Positions 8,020 to 16,378 of a DNA stretch of 34,198 nucleotides are shown here, one piece after another. Source of the DNA: a virus (lineage: Duplodnaviria > Caudoviricetes); IMG/VR virus record IMGVR_UViG_3300050194_000006, positions 1 through 34,198 of that record; one strand, written 5' to 3'. A program made the position numbers and the translations under genes. Position 1 is the stretch's first letter, and each line of letters opens with the position of its first letter. The notes under the pieces are model-generated. The model worked only from the letters and a program-made list of their open reading frames with translations, did no database searches and had not been told where the DNA came from.

Positions 8020-8445
8020 ATGAAAAAAGTAATTTTATCAGTAGCAGTAATTTTAACTGCAATTTCGTTAACAAGTTGTAACGATTATCAACGTCAACAA
8101 GCGCAGTTAGATGCAGAAAGTCATGGCAAAGAAATTTTACTAGAAGCTGAAAGTTCTAAAAAAGCAAAGATTGAAGATGCAAAAGCTGATTTAGAAAGTG
8201 CTAAATTGAATGCTGAGAAAGCAATCCTTTTAGCGCAAGCAAAAATTAAACAAGCTGAAGCAAATGCACAAGCTACGGTTATTAATGCACAAGCCGAACA
8301 GAAACGTATCAATATCATGAAAGATGCTTTAGGTGGTACGGAAAACTATATTACATTCATGAAGTACCAAATGATGTATTCAGGAAAAGGAAACAAGTAT
8401 TTTGTAGCTACTGAAGCTAGTTTACCAATTATGTTGAATAAGTAA
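8020..8445 (+). CDS. lipoprotein with Ala/Glu/Lys coiled coil (resembles an SPFH C-terminal region)
   Basis: Signal peptide with lipobox LTSC; AEA/AQA heptads; C-terminal YFVATEASLPI. Confidence 0.7.
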   Translation: MKKVILSVAVILTAISLTSCNDYQRQQAQLDAESHGKEILLEAESSKKAKIEDAKADLESAKLNAEKAILLAQAKIKQAEANAQATVINAQAEQKRINIMKDALGGTENYITFMKYQMMYSGKGNKYFVATEASLPIMLNK

Positions 8446-8540
8446 TGAAGTTGTTAGCTATTGTTGTAATTGGAATACCATTAGTTGTATTGCTTTACGT
8501 AGGAGTGGCGAAAATCATTCGTGCTATAATTAAAGATTAA
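8445..8540 (+). CDS. small single-TM protein (31 aa, MKLLAIVVIGIPLVVLLYVGVAKIIRAIIKD)
   Basis: TAATG coupling to the lipoprotein stop; hydrophobic helix. Confidence 0.55.
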   Translation: MKLLAIVVIGIPLVVLLYVGVAKIIRAIIKD

Positions 8541-8547
8541 AAACAAT

Positions 8548-8579
8548 ACTGCGGGATTCATTCAGTTTCTCGCAGTTTT
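8548..8579 (+). terminator. hairpin, possible terminator
   Basis: ACTGCGGGA/TCTCGCAGT 9-bp stem with a short T-run. Confidence 0.4.
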
Positions 8580-8614
8580 AAAACAACACTATGAAATTTT
8601 AAAAGAGAAATAGG

Positions 8615-8863
8615 ATGAAAGCGGAAGTAAAAGAACAAGAAGTATTCAAGCCAATTACACTAACAATTACAATTGAAAGTGAAGAAGAGTTATGTAATTT
8701 GTGGCATAGGATGAATGCTCAAATTGATTTGTTTAATGGTGATGCAAAAAGGTATTATAATAGTGATTATTTAAAACACAAAGTAAGTAGAGATTTACAA
8801 AACTTATGGGATGAATTAGATGGATTAATAATCTACCGAAACCTAAAAAACAAAAGAAAATGA
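8615..8863 (+). CDS. hypothetical protein
   Basis: FKPITLTITIESEEEL motif typical of small phage proteins. Confidence 0.7.
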   Translation: MKAEVKEQEVFKPITLTITIESEEELCNLWHRMNAQIDLFNGDAKRYYNSDYLKHKVSRDLQNLWDELDGLIIYRNLKNKRK

Positions 8864-9057
8864 AACAAGCATTTCAAATAAAAGTAAAGGACTTTGTGAA
8901 ACGTACAGGTATGACAATTTCAGCTATTTGTAAAGAGGTTAATTACTCGCAAAATTCAAAGGTTAGAAAGTATGTGTATGATGATAATTTCAATAAGGAT
9001 TTGGAATTGAAAACGATTGAAAGAATTAGTAATTTTATTGATGGATATGGAAAGTAA
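8860..9057 (+). CDS. XRE/Cro-like HTH protein
   Basis: GMTISAICKEVNYSQNSKV...LKTIERI helix pattern. Confidence 0.55.
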   Translation: MKQAFQIKVKDFVKRTGMTISAICKEVNYSQNSKVRKYVYDDNFNKDLELKTIERISNFIDGYGK

Positions 9058-9250
9058 AAAACTATGGTACGGTGGAATTCGTGTTTACTTAGATAACAAT
9101 GAATTTCTAAAACAAAACATTGAATTAAAAAATAAAGAATTTAAAATATCATTTATTGATAGCTTAATTCAAGAAGGATATATTACTGAAAAAGAAAGCT
9201 ATATTGATAGCATTTTAAAATACGAACTTTGTTTAATTGAAAAACAATAA
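9047..9250 (+). CDS. hypothetical protein (start ATG 9047, MESKKLWY)
   Basis: Track ORF 9017-9250 begins at TTG; ATG 9047 lies in a 17-bp repeat shared with the next gene. Confidence 0.55.
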   Translation: MESKKLWYGGIRVYLDNNEFLKQNIELKNKEFKISFIDSLIQEGYITEKESYIDSILKYELCLIEKQ

Positions 9251-9252
9251 TT

Positions 9253-9483
9253 ATGGAAAGTAAAAAACAAACATCAGTTGAGTGGTTATTAGATAAACTA
9301 AAATCACAAGGTTTATTAATTGGAGAGATTGATAATTTAATTGCAGTCAACCAAGCCAAAGAAATGGAAAAGCAACAGATTATTGATGCGGTTCAAGAAA
9401 CTATGGAAGAAATGAATTTATATGAAAGTTTTTGAACTTTAAAAAATGGAGAACAATACTACAACGAAACATTTAAACCATGA
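9253..9483 (+). pseudogene. KQTxVEWL...AKEMEKQQIIDA family protein interrupted by an in-frame TGA at 9433-9435
   Basis: Frame continues TLKNGEQYYNETFKP to TGA 9481-9483, which overlaps the next ATG. Confidence 0.55.
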
Positions 9484-9752
9484 ACAATAGAGACGAACAA
9501 GACAAACAATGGTATTTCACAACGTTTTTAGATGCAATTAAATTTGAATTCTATTTGGTTGTAGTTGGACTTATTACAATGACTATCTATTTTAAACAAT
9601 GTGAACCACCTAAAGCACAAGTTCCGCAAGTAGTTGAGTACGAATGTCCGATTATCGCCGATACTGTGAAACATGATTGGGTGAAAGACTCAGAAATTTG
9701 CATTGAAAAGCGGTTAGTTTATGACCAGATGTTAAACGACATTGATAGATGA
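9480..9752 (+). CDS. single-TM membrane protein
   Basis: Hydrophobic FYLVVVGLITMTIYF. Confidence 0.6.
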   Translation: MNNRDEQDKQWYFTTFLDAIKFEFYLVVVGLITMTIYFKQCEPPKAQVPQVVEYECPIIADTVKHDWVKDSEICIEKRLVYDQMLNDIDR

Positions 9753-9763
9753 AATAAATTTCT

Positions 9764-9771
9764 TATATTTG
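9764..9771 (+). promoter_or_regulatory. Bacteroidota -7 box
   Basis: TATATTTG 5 nt upstream of ATG 9777. Confidence 0.55.
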
Positions 9772-9776
9772 CTTCA

Positions 9777-10223
9777 ATGGATAAATTCTATTTGATAGCG
9801 AAAAGTATAGCAGGTGAATTAGGCAATGACTTAGTTCACCATACTTTTTTATTGATGCCTGATATTGATTTAGAAATTAATGGGGGTTATTTTGTAAACG
9901 CTATGAAGTTGCAATATTATTCAAAACGATCTAGCTTCAACAAAAACTTTCGACCTGACTATTCACCTTTAAATTTTGATTTAACAGATACGATTGAAGA
10001 TGAATCAATAAAATACGATGCTAATTTGTTGCATAAGATATTTTTAGAATTAGAGATTGATGGCTTAGGTTATGAAGTTGGAATATACAAGGAAGCTACT
10101 TTGGTAAGCAGTCAAATAAAGGTGGCTAAACGATTAAAAAAATCAAGGTGGCGAACGATATCACCGATTTGTAAACAGATTAACAACGAAATACGTAAAC
10201 GATATGAAATACTTAATACATGA
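9777..10223 (+). CDS. sigma-factor-like late transcription regulator
   Basis: Region-2-like IAKSIA...DLVH; region-4-like HTH SQIKVAKRLKKS; sits just before the packaging genes. Confidence 0.5.
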   Translation: MDKFYLIAKSIAGELGNDLVHHTFLLMPDIDLEINGGYFVNAMKLQYYSKRSSFNKNFRPDYSPLNFDLTDTIEDESIKYDANLLHKIFLELEIDGLGYEVGIYKEATLVSSQIKVAKRLKKSRWRTISPICKQINNEIRKRYEILNT

Positions 10224-10455
10224 ATACTACCAGCTTGTTTTAATTGCTTGGTTTGTATCTTACATTTTGCACCAAGAATTGAATTTGCCTTACATTATTC
10301 GAAAGGTGTTTAAAATTAGCATGACAAAATATGTTAAACTCATTGATTGTTACCCTTGCGTATCATTTTGGATAACACTTGGTTTAACCTGGTCGCCACT
10401 TGCAAGTATTGGAGTATATTTGATTGCAGTATTAATTGATAGATTGAGAAAATGA
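10204..10455 (+). CDS. membrane protein with CxxC (DUF1360-like)
   Basis: Hydrophobic helices and DCYPCVSFW. Confidence 0.55.
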   Translation: MKYLIHEYYQLVLIAWFVSYILHQELNLPYIIRKVFKISMTKYVKLIDCYPCVSFWITLGLTWSPLASIGVYLIAVLIDRLRK

Positions 10456-10847
10456 AAATAAGTAAAGAAGCAAACGATTCATTGAATGTGATTCGTGGTA
10501 AAGTAATGCGTAAAGCTATTGATATTGATGAACAAGAATTTCTACATTTGGATTTAGTTCACCGTGAAATTACAAAGCTATCGACAGGAAAACCGATTGG
10601 AGTTAGTAAAGGTTGCTCAAGTTGTATCAATAACGCAGTAAATATCTTGTATAACTTTGTTATGTTTCATGAAGAAAAACACGAAGCGACAGAAGTAAGT
10701 AAACCAAATATTGAAGTGGTTACGGTTACACAAGATAGATTGACTGAGTTAAAAAATACTTGTGATAGTTACGGCATTAAATACCACCACAAAGCAGGTG
10801 AAAAGAAATTGATTGAATTAATTGAAGAGTATCATGGCAAAGCATAA
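10452..10847 (+). CDS. hypothetical protein with CxxC and a C-terminal HeH/SAP-like motif
   Basis: GCSSC; ELKNTCDSYGIKYHHKAGEKKLIELI. Confidence 0.55.
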   Translation: MKISKEANDSLNVIRGKVMRKAIDIDEQEFLHLDLVHREITKLSTGKPIGVSKGCSSCINNAVNILYNFVMFHEEKHEATEVSKPNIEVVTVTQDRLTELKNTCDSYGIKYHHKAGEKKLIELIEEYHGKA

Positions 10848-11235
10848 ATATATTGAAACGCCTGAAAAGCTATTTGAGTTATTCGAAGCGTATAGAAAGG
10901 ACGTAAAATCGAAACCTAGAACGAATCATGTATTTGTTGGTAAGGATGGACAAGATGCACGTCAAGAACTAGAACGACCTTTAACACTTGAAGGATTCCA
11001 AAACTATTGTGAAGATAATATTTGTTGTGTGAATCAGTATTTCGACAATCAAGATAAAAGATATGACGATTATATTACTATCTGTTCACGTATAAAGAGA
11101 ATTATTCGCCAAGACCAGATAGAAGGCGGTTTAGTTGGTCAATACAACCCAAGTATTACACAGCGATTGAATAACCTGAAAGAACAAACAGAAACAACCG
11201 TAATAGAACAACCGTTATTTGGTAGCGAAGATTAA
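10834..11235 (+). CDS. terS: terminase small subunit (P22 gp3-like)
   Basis: ETPEKL...F..Y, RPLTLEG, EGGLVGQYNPSITQRL; TAATG-coupled to TerL; ATG 10834 preferred over the track start 10822. Confidence 0.8.
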   Translation: MAKHKYIETPEKLFELFEAYRKDVKSKPRTNHVFVGKDGQDARQELERPLTLEGFQNYCEDNICCVNQYFDNQDKRYDDYITICSRIKRIIRQDQIEGGLVGQYNPSITQRLNNLKEQTETTVIEQPLFGSED

Positions 11236-12398
11236 TGTTTAAGTACACAACCGCAATAAAAAAGATTAGAGCCTTAAAGAAATTCATCAAAGGCGTTCAA
11301 GGTGGAACAAGTGCAGGAAAAACATTTGGCATCCTACCTATTGAAATTGATTATTGTACGAGGAATCCACTTACAGAAACTTCAATTGTAGCTGAATCAG
11401 TACCACATTTAAAGCGTGGTGCAATGAAGGACTTTAAGAAGATAATGAAGGAAACAAACAGATGGGTTGATTCAAGGTGGAATGCTACTGATTTTAAATA
11501 CACTTTTGCAAACGGATCGTATATTGAATTTTTTAGTGCTGACAATGATTCAAAATTAAGAGGTGCAAGACGTGATAGGCTTTATATGAATGAAGCTAAT
11601 AACATGACATTTCACGCTTATACTGAATTAGCATCTAGAACAAAACAAAGCGTTATACTCGATTGGAATCCAACAAATGAATTTTGGTTTCATACTGAGT
11701 TGATGAATGATAACGATGTAGACTTTCTAATAATCAACTACCAAGACAACGAAGCCTGTCCTGAATCAGCATTGAACTTTATTCTTAAAGCAAAAGAGAA
11801 AGCTGAAAACTCCGACTTTTGGCGAAATTGGTATAACGTTTATGGACTTGGTTTAATTGGTAACCTTGATGGGGTTGTATTTAACAATTGGAAACAAGTA
11901 GGTTCTATTCCTTCAAATGCTAAGTTACTCGGTTACGGTATGGATTTTGGATATACAAACGACCCAACGACATTAACTGCAATCTATGAACTAGATAATG
12001 AATACTACTTTGATGAATTGATATATCGAACAGGGCTAACAAATCAAGACATTGCAAAGCTATGCAAAGAAGTGGGAGTTAATAGCGAATATATCTATGC
12101 CGATTCAGCAGAACCAAAATCTATTCAGGAATTAAAGAATGCTGGTATCAAGATTACAGGTGCTGAAAAGGGTGCGGATTCGGTTATGTATGGAATACAA
12201 AGAATGCAGGAGAAACCTTTTAATGTAACCAAGCGAAGTACAAACCTTATCAAAGAATTACGTTCTTATACGTGGGCTAAAGATAAAGCAGGTCAAACGC
12301 TTAATAAACCGATTGATGCGTTTAATCACTCCATTGATGGTATTAGATACTTCTTTACCACAACTAAGAAATACACAGGTAAATACTTTGCAGAATGA
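11235..12398 (+). CDS. terL: terminase large subunit (PBSX/SPP1 type)
   Basis: QGGTSAGKT, MNEAN, DWNP, GMDFGYTNDPT, ADSAEP, NHSIDGIRY. Confidence 0.95.
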   Translation: MFKYTTAIKKIRALKKFIKGVQGGTSAGKTFGILPIEIDYCTRNPLTETSIVAESVPHLKRGAMKDFKKIMKETNRWVDSRWNATDFKYTFANGSYIEFFSADNDSKLRGARRDRLYMNEANNMTFHAYTELASRTKQSVILDWNPTNEFWFHTELMNDNDVDFLIINYQDNEACPESALNFILKAKEKAENSDFWRNWYNVYGLGLIGNLDGVVFNNWKQVGSIPSNAKLLGYGMDFGYTNDPTTLTAIYELDNEYYFDELIYRTGLTNQDIAKLCKEVGVNSEYIYADSAEPKSIQELKNAGIKITGAEKGADSVMYGIQRMQEKPFNVTKRSTNLIKELRSYTWAKDKAGQTLNKPIDAFNHSIDGIRYFFTTTKKYTGKYFAE

Positions 12399-12472
12399 GG
12401 TTACTTGTTTACATATTACTTTTATTAATATCTTTGTTTATTTGGTATGATATACTTGAATTTATCTGTTGA
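12395..12472 (+). CDS. possible 25-aa hydrophobic peptide
   Basis: ATGA overlap with the TerL stop; MRLLVYILLLLISLFIWYDILEFIC; may be a by-product of AT-rich promoter DNA. Confidence 0.25.
   Translation: MRLLVYILLLLISLFIWYDILEFIC
12429..12436 (+). promoter_or_regulatory. Bacteroidota -7 box upstream of the glycosyltransferase pair
   Basis: TATCTTTG 10 nt before ATG 12447. Confidence 0.5.
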
Positions 12473-13322
12473 CGATTACGCCAATATGAGCCACGAAAAT
12501 GCAAATGCGTTACGTTCAATCGGAGTGCATTGTAAAGACTATTCTATTAATCGACACGTGTTCAACTATGCAACACAATCACTACCAATTAGACCGCAAG
12601 ACATCAAACATATTGTAGGCGGTTACGATTGTGTACAGATATTTCATAGCGATGAAAGACTTTTAAGGCACGTCTTAGAAGGTAAGCCTAAACGAATTGT
12701 AATATATCATTCAGGAACACGATATAGGCAAAACCATGAAATGTACAATGAGTTATTCAAAGACTATAAACAACTGACTGACCAAACAGAGTTCATTCAA
12801 TTAGGTAATATGAGTTACATTGCACCACATACTACATTGATAAGCCAACCTAAGCGCCAAGATGGTAAACTAATTATAGGACATTACCCTAGCAATCCAT
12901 TTGTAAAGGGGACAGATGGCATTGAATATGTTTTGAATCAGTTTAAAAATGACTTTGAAATACGAATAGACCGTACCAAAGTAAGTCATGACCAACAACT
13001 TAAACGAATGAGTGAATGTCATGTTTATGTAGAACTATTTGCACCTATGCAACAAGGCAAACAATACGGTTGTTTTGGTGTAACAGCATTTGAAGCGAGT
13101 GGTTTGGGTTGTCATGTAGTTACTCAAAATCTAAACCCGAATGTGTACGATGAGGTTTATGGTGCGTGTTATTTCAGTTTAGCGAATGATGAAGAAAGTT
13201 TTTATCGTATCTTAGAGGACTTAAAACACGTGGATAGGAATATGTTATTAACTCCAGCAGGTTTTTATATTAATCATAATATCGAAAGCACAGGTTATAA
13301 AATTTTAGAATTGACGAAATGA
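12447..13322 (+). CDS. GT-B fold glycosyltransferase (GT4-like)
   Basis: HYPSNPFVKGT, then FGVTAFEASGLGCHVV (GT4-like FGxxxxEAxxxGxPVV). Confidence 0.75.
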   Translation: MIYLNLSVDDYANMSHENANALRSIGVHCKDYSINRHVFNYATQSLPIRPQDIKHIVGGYDCVQIFHSDERLLRHVLEGKPKRIVIYHSGTRYRQNHEMYNELFKDYKQLTDQTEFIQLGNMSYIAPHTTLISQPKRQDGKLIIGHYPSNPFVKGTDGIEYVLNQFKNDFEIRIDRTKVSHDQQLKRMSECHVYVELFAPMQQGKQYGCFGVTAFEASGLGCHVVTQNLNPNVYDEVYGACYFSLANDEESFYRILEDLKHVDRNMLLTPAGFYINHNIESTGYKILELTK

Positions 13323-13930
13323 AAGTAAGCGTAATAATTCCATACTCAAAAGATAGGGGCTATTTAGACCAGGCAATCGAATCAATAAAGAATCAAAACT
13401 TTGGCGGTGATATTGAAATAATTTTAAGTAAGTCGGATAAATCAGTTTCGTATAATCTGAATGAAGGCATTAAGATTGCAACAGGTGAATTTGTAAAGTA
13501 CTTGTGTGATGATGATATGTTAACACCTAATTGTTTAGCAGATTCAGTTGATGCAATGGAAGGATTTGATTTTATTCATGGCAAAGCAATTAACTTTTTT
13601 GAGAATGGTTTACGTACTATTCATGTGCCACGTGTTCCATTTCCTGACTTAAAACAAATGAAGCATCAAAATATAATTCATGGTGGTTCGCTTATGTATA
13701 GACGTGATGTATTTGAATGTTTCAATGTTTGGTTTGATGAGTCGTTAACATGTGCTGAAGAGTACGATCTAAATATGAACTTACTTTCAAAAGGTGCTAA
13801 GTTAGGTTATTGCCCTTCAACATTATATTTATACCGTAGACATTCAGAACAAAAAAGTCTAGGGAAACAAGCGAATCAAAAAGAACGATTAGAAAAGATT
13901 AAAGCAATTCAAAACAGATATGGAAATTAA
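13319..13930 (+). CDS. GT2 family glycosyltransferase
   Basis: KVSVIIP, AIESI..Q, YLCDDD (DxD), EEYDL, YRRH. Confidence 0.9.
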   Translation: MKVSVIIPYSKDRGYLDQAIESIKNQNFGGDIEIILSKSDKSVSYNLNEGIKIATGEFVKYLCDDDMLTPNCLADSVDAMEGFDFIHGKAINFFENGLRTIHVPRVPFPDLKQMKHQNIIHGGSLMYRRDVFECFNVWFDESLTCAEEYDLNMNLLSKGAKLGYCPSTLYLYRRHSEQKSLGKQANQKERLEKIKAIQNRYGN

Positions 13931-14507
13931 ACTACCAAAGACGTATAAAGATTTACGCATTAAACATTTGAAGCCTATTCAAACGGATAAGTATTTCGGG
14001 CAAATGGATTTAGATTTAATGGTTGAGTTTATAGCTGACTTTACAGGAATAAAGAAAGCTAAGTTAATGAGTATTGACGTGAAAGATATTACTAACTTAT
14101 CGAATCATATTGCTACATTGTACGCTTCAATGCCTGTCGTTAAACACCCACCGAAAGAAATTACTTTAAATAGCAAAACGTATGAACTTGTAAACCCTGA
14201 AAAGATTGGTGTAGGTTGGCATATTGATTGGTCAAATGGAGATATTGAAAGCGACCCCGTAAGAATGGCGTGTTTGATGTACTATCCAAAAGGTGCAATC
14301 TATGGTGAAGTAGATGCTTATGATAATCTAGTCAATCCTATTAAGGATCGTTACAAAGAGTTTGAAAATCATTTACCATTATCAACATTTTTAGAAGCGT
14401 CCAATTTTTTTTTGCAACGCTTCGTAACATCAACGAAGCGATACGCGGAAAAGGAGATACTATTAGTACAAGCGAGAAAGTTAAATCCTTTCAATGGGAG
14501 GAAGTAA
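13920..14507 (+). CDS. tail assembly chaperone (gpG-like), unshifted product
   Basis: Contains a T9 slippery run at 14405-14413 plus a stimulatory hairpin. Confidence 0.65.
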   Translation: MEIKLPKTYKDLRIKHLKPIQTDKYFGQMDLDLMVEFIADFTGIKKAKLMSIDVKDITNLSNHIATLYASMPVVKHPPKEITLNSKTYELVNPEKIGVGWHIDWSNGDIESDPVRMACLMYYPKGAIYGEVDAYDNLVNPIKDRYKEFENHLPLSTFLEASNFFLQRFVTSTKRYAEKEILLVQARKLNPFNGRK

Positions 14508-14641
14508 TTGACGATGTAAGTAAGGAATTTAACATGACATGGCACGAGGTTACTAGAATGAATATCTTTGCTTTTAACCATAAGTGTAAATACTTAGTAC
14601 ATAAACGTAAGAAAGAGATAGCTAGTAAAAAGGGTCGTTAA
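13920..14641 (+). CDS. tail assembly chaperone -1 frameshift product (gpGT-like, about 240 aa)
   Basis: The -1 frame from the T-run is open to TAA 14639-14641: FATLRNINEAIRG...WEEVIDDVSKEFNMTWHEVTRMNIFAF... Confidence 0.7.
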
Positions 14642-14661
14642 CGTTTGATTTTGTTATATTA
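14631..14661 (+). promoter_or_regulatory. candidate late promoter, copy 1
   Basis: AGGGTCG-N14-TGTTATATTA; near-identical copy at 21649. Confidence 0.5.
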
Positions 14662-14663
14662 TA

Positions 14664-15263
14664 GTGATGGCAAGTGAAGTTGACATATTAAACGCACTTA
14701 ATCTAGGGACGTCTAAAGCGGTTGTAGAAGGGAAACCAAATTCACCGCTTGGACAGTTACTAACTACGCTTGCAAATGATGTTACAAAACAGCTAACCGA
14801 TTCGATGGATAGCTATAACATTCGAGCAAGTAATAACTTAAGGCAGTCAATTTTACCGACTAAAGTAGAAGTAAATGGTGATGTAGTTACAGTTGGAATT
14901 TCAGCACCGTTCTATTGGAAGTATGTGAATTATGGTGTGAATGGTTTTGCTGTAAATCATGGTGCGCCAAATTGGGGAAGTACAGGAGCGACACGTGAAG
15001 ACTTTAAAAAGTCAATAGGTGCGTGGCGAATGAATGTAGGTATTAACTTAAATTCATTTACAAACGATTCAGGAGAACCGATGTTTAAAAGTTACGACAA
15101 ACTAGATGAAGGACTTATGTACATGGTAGCAAAGAACGGGCAGAAACCTAGACCGTTTTACACCGATGTTGTGAATGATAAGTTAGTTAACTATCTTCGT
15201 AAACCAATAGAGAAATTATTTAAAAAAGCAATGACAGTAGTAATAGTTGACCCATGGCAGTAA
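14664..15263 (+). CDS. putative tail completion/neck protein (HK97 gp10-like)
   Basis: LRQSI, YWKYVNYG, KPRPF motifs; start may be ATG 14667. Confidence 0.5.
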   Translation: MMASEVDILNALNLGTSKAVVEGKPNSPLGQLLTTLANDVTKQLTDSMDSYNIRASNNLRQSILPTKVEVNGDVVTVGISAPFYWKYVNYGVNGFAVNHGAPNWGSTGATREDFKKSIGAWRMNVGINLNSFTNDSGEPMFKSYDKLDEGLMYMVAKNGQKPRPFYTDVVNDKLVNYLRKPIEKLFKKAMTVVIVDPWQ

Positions 15264-16378
15264 CATTCATTTCAACCCCTCAAGATTGGTCGCCTTCTGA
15301 CAATCCGCTTACATTTGTATTCAGTTCTAACCAAACATCAAATGCTAATTTTACGTATAAAGTACAAACATTTGTTGATGGTGTTCAGGTTGCAGAAGAT
15401 ACGGTATTTTTAGAGCGTTCAACACGCTCGCATTACGATGCTTCTAGTGTAGTTAAAGACTTCATTCAAGTTCCAACACGTTCAAATACTTTGTATAGTG
15501 AAGCTAATTATTCAAATGAAGTGTACATCAAGGTAATTGAAAACTACGGTACTACACCAACCGACCACGCAAACGCATCAAGCACACCAATTAACGTATT
15601 TAAAGCGTGTTTAAGCGACAAAGCGTGGAAGAGTTATATAAGTACTGACTATGTAGGTTTAAAGTATCTTACAAACATACCAAGAAACGAACGTATTTAT
15701 CAATTAGGAATACAGTCAAGCCCATTTTATTTAAACATTATAACGGATGGCGCATCTAGTGAATTAATAATAAACGTATTTGATTCGTCGGGAACGTTAC
15801 TAGATTTCTATTCTGAAACACAATCTTATTTAATTAGTCAAATCAATTTAAGCCCTGAGTTATTAATTGATGCTGGTTTAGATTTAACAGGTGCTTCGTA
15901 TTATACAGTTCAAGTAGAAGCAAGTGAGATGCTAAGAATTGATTTATTGTTAGACTATTGCTATTCACCTAATACGCTTCAATGGCCTAATGAGTTCGGT
16001 GCTTATGATTCATTTATCTTTGAACATAATTTAGAACAAAGTGGTGAAGTGAAAGACCAAACATACGGTAAACAGTTTGGGCAATGGAACGGAACTTCTT
16101 TTGAGTACGATATAAATTCAGCAGGCACTTTAAGAGTAGGTACAAAACAAAAAGACAAAGGGGTTATTTATACAAGCTATATCACACAATCAAAACAACG
16201 TTGGCTATGTGAATTATATAAATCACCAAGACATTACTTAATTGATACTGAGGGCACAGTTGATTCAATCAAAATCACTACTAACCAATTTAGTTTTCAA
16301 CAAGACAGATTTGAAGAGTTAATTTCTGAATCAGTAGCCTTTGAATATACAAACGGACATAACGGTATATCACTATGA
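15254..16378 (+). CDS. structural protein (distal tail/baseplate-like)
   Basis: WxNxxGAYD and WLCELYKSP motifs; beta-rich; precedes the hub-like gene. Confidence 0.55.
   Translation: MAVTFISTPQDWSPSDNPLTFVFSSNQTSNANFTYKVQTFVDGVQVAEDTVFLERSTRSHYDASSVVKDFIQVPTRSNTLYSEANYSNEVYIKVIENYGTTPTDHANASSTPINVFKACLSDKAWKSYISTDYVGLKYLTNIPRNERIYQLGIQSSPFYLNIITDGASSELIINVFDSSGTLLDFYSETQSYLISQINLSPELLIDAGLDLTGASYYTVQVEASEMLRIDLLLDYCYSPNTLQWPNEFGAYDSFIFEHNLEQSGEVKDQTYGKQFGQWNGTSFEYDINSAGTLRVGTKQKDKGVIYTSYITQSKQRWLCELYKSPRHYLIDTEGTVDSIKITTNQFSFQQDRFEELISESVAFEYTNGHNGISL

Noticed and set aside
9433-9435. Genome-wide stop-codon reassignment
   Set aside because: Long genes are intact in code 11 and end in TAA, TGA or TAG; this is a single case.
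14369-14581. Minus-strand 70-aa ORF
   Set aside because: The region is better explained by the plus-strand -1 frameshift extension.
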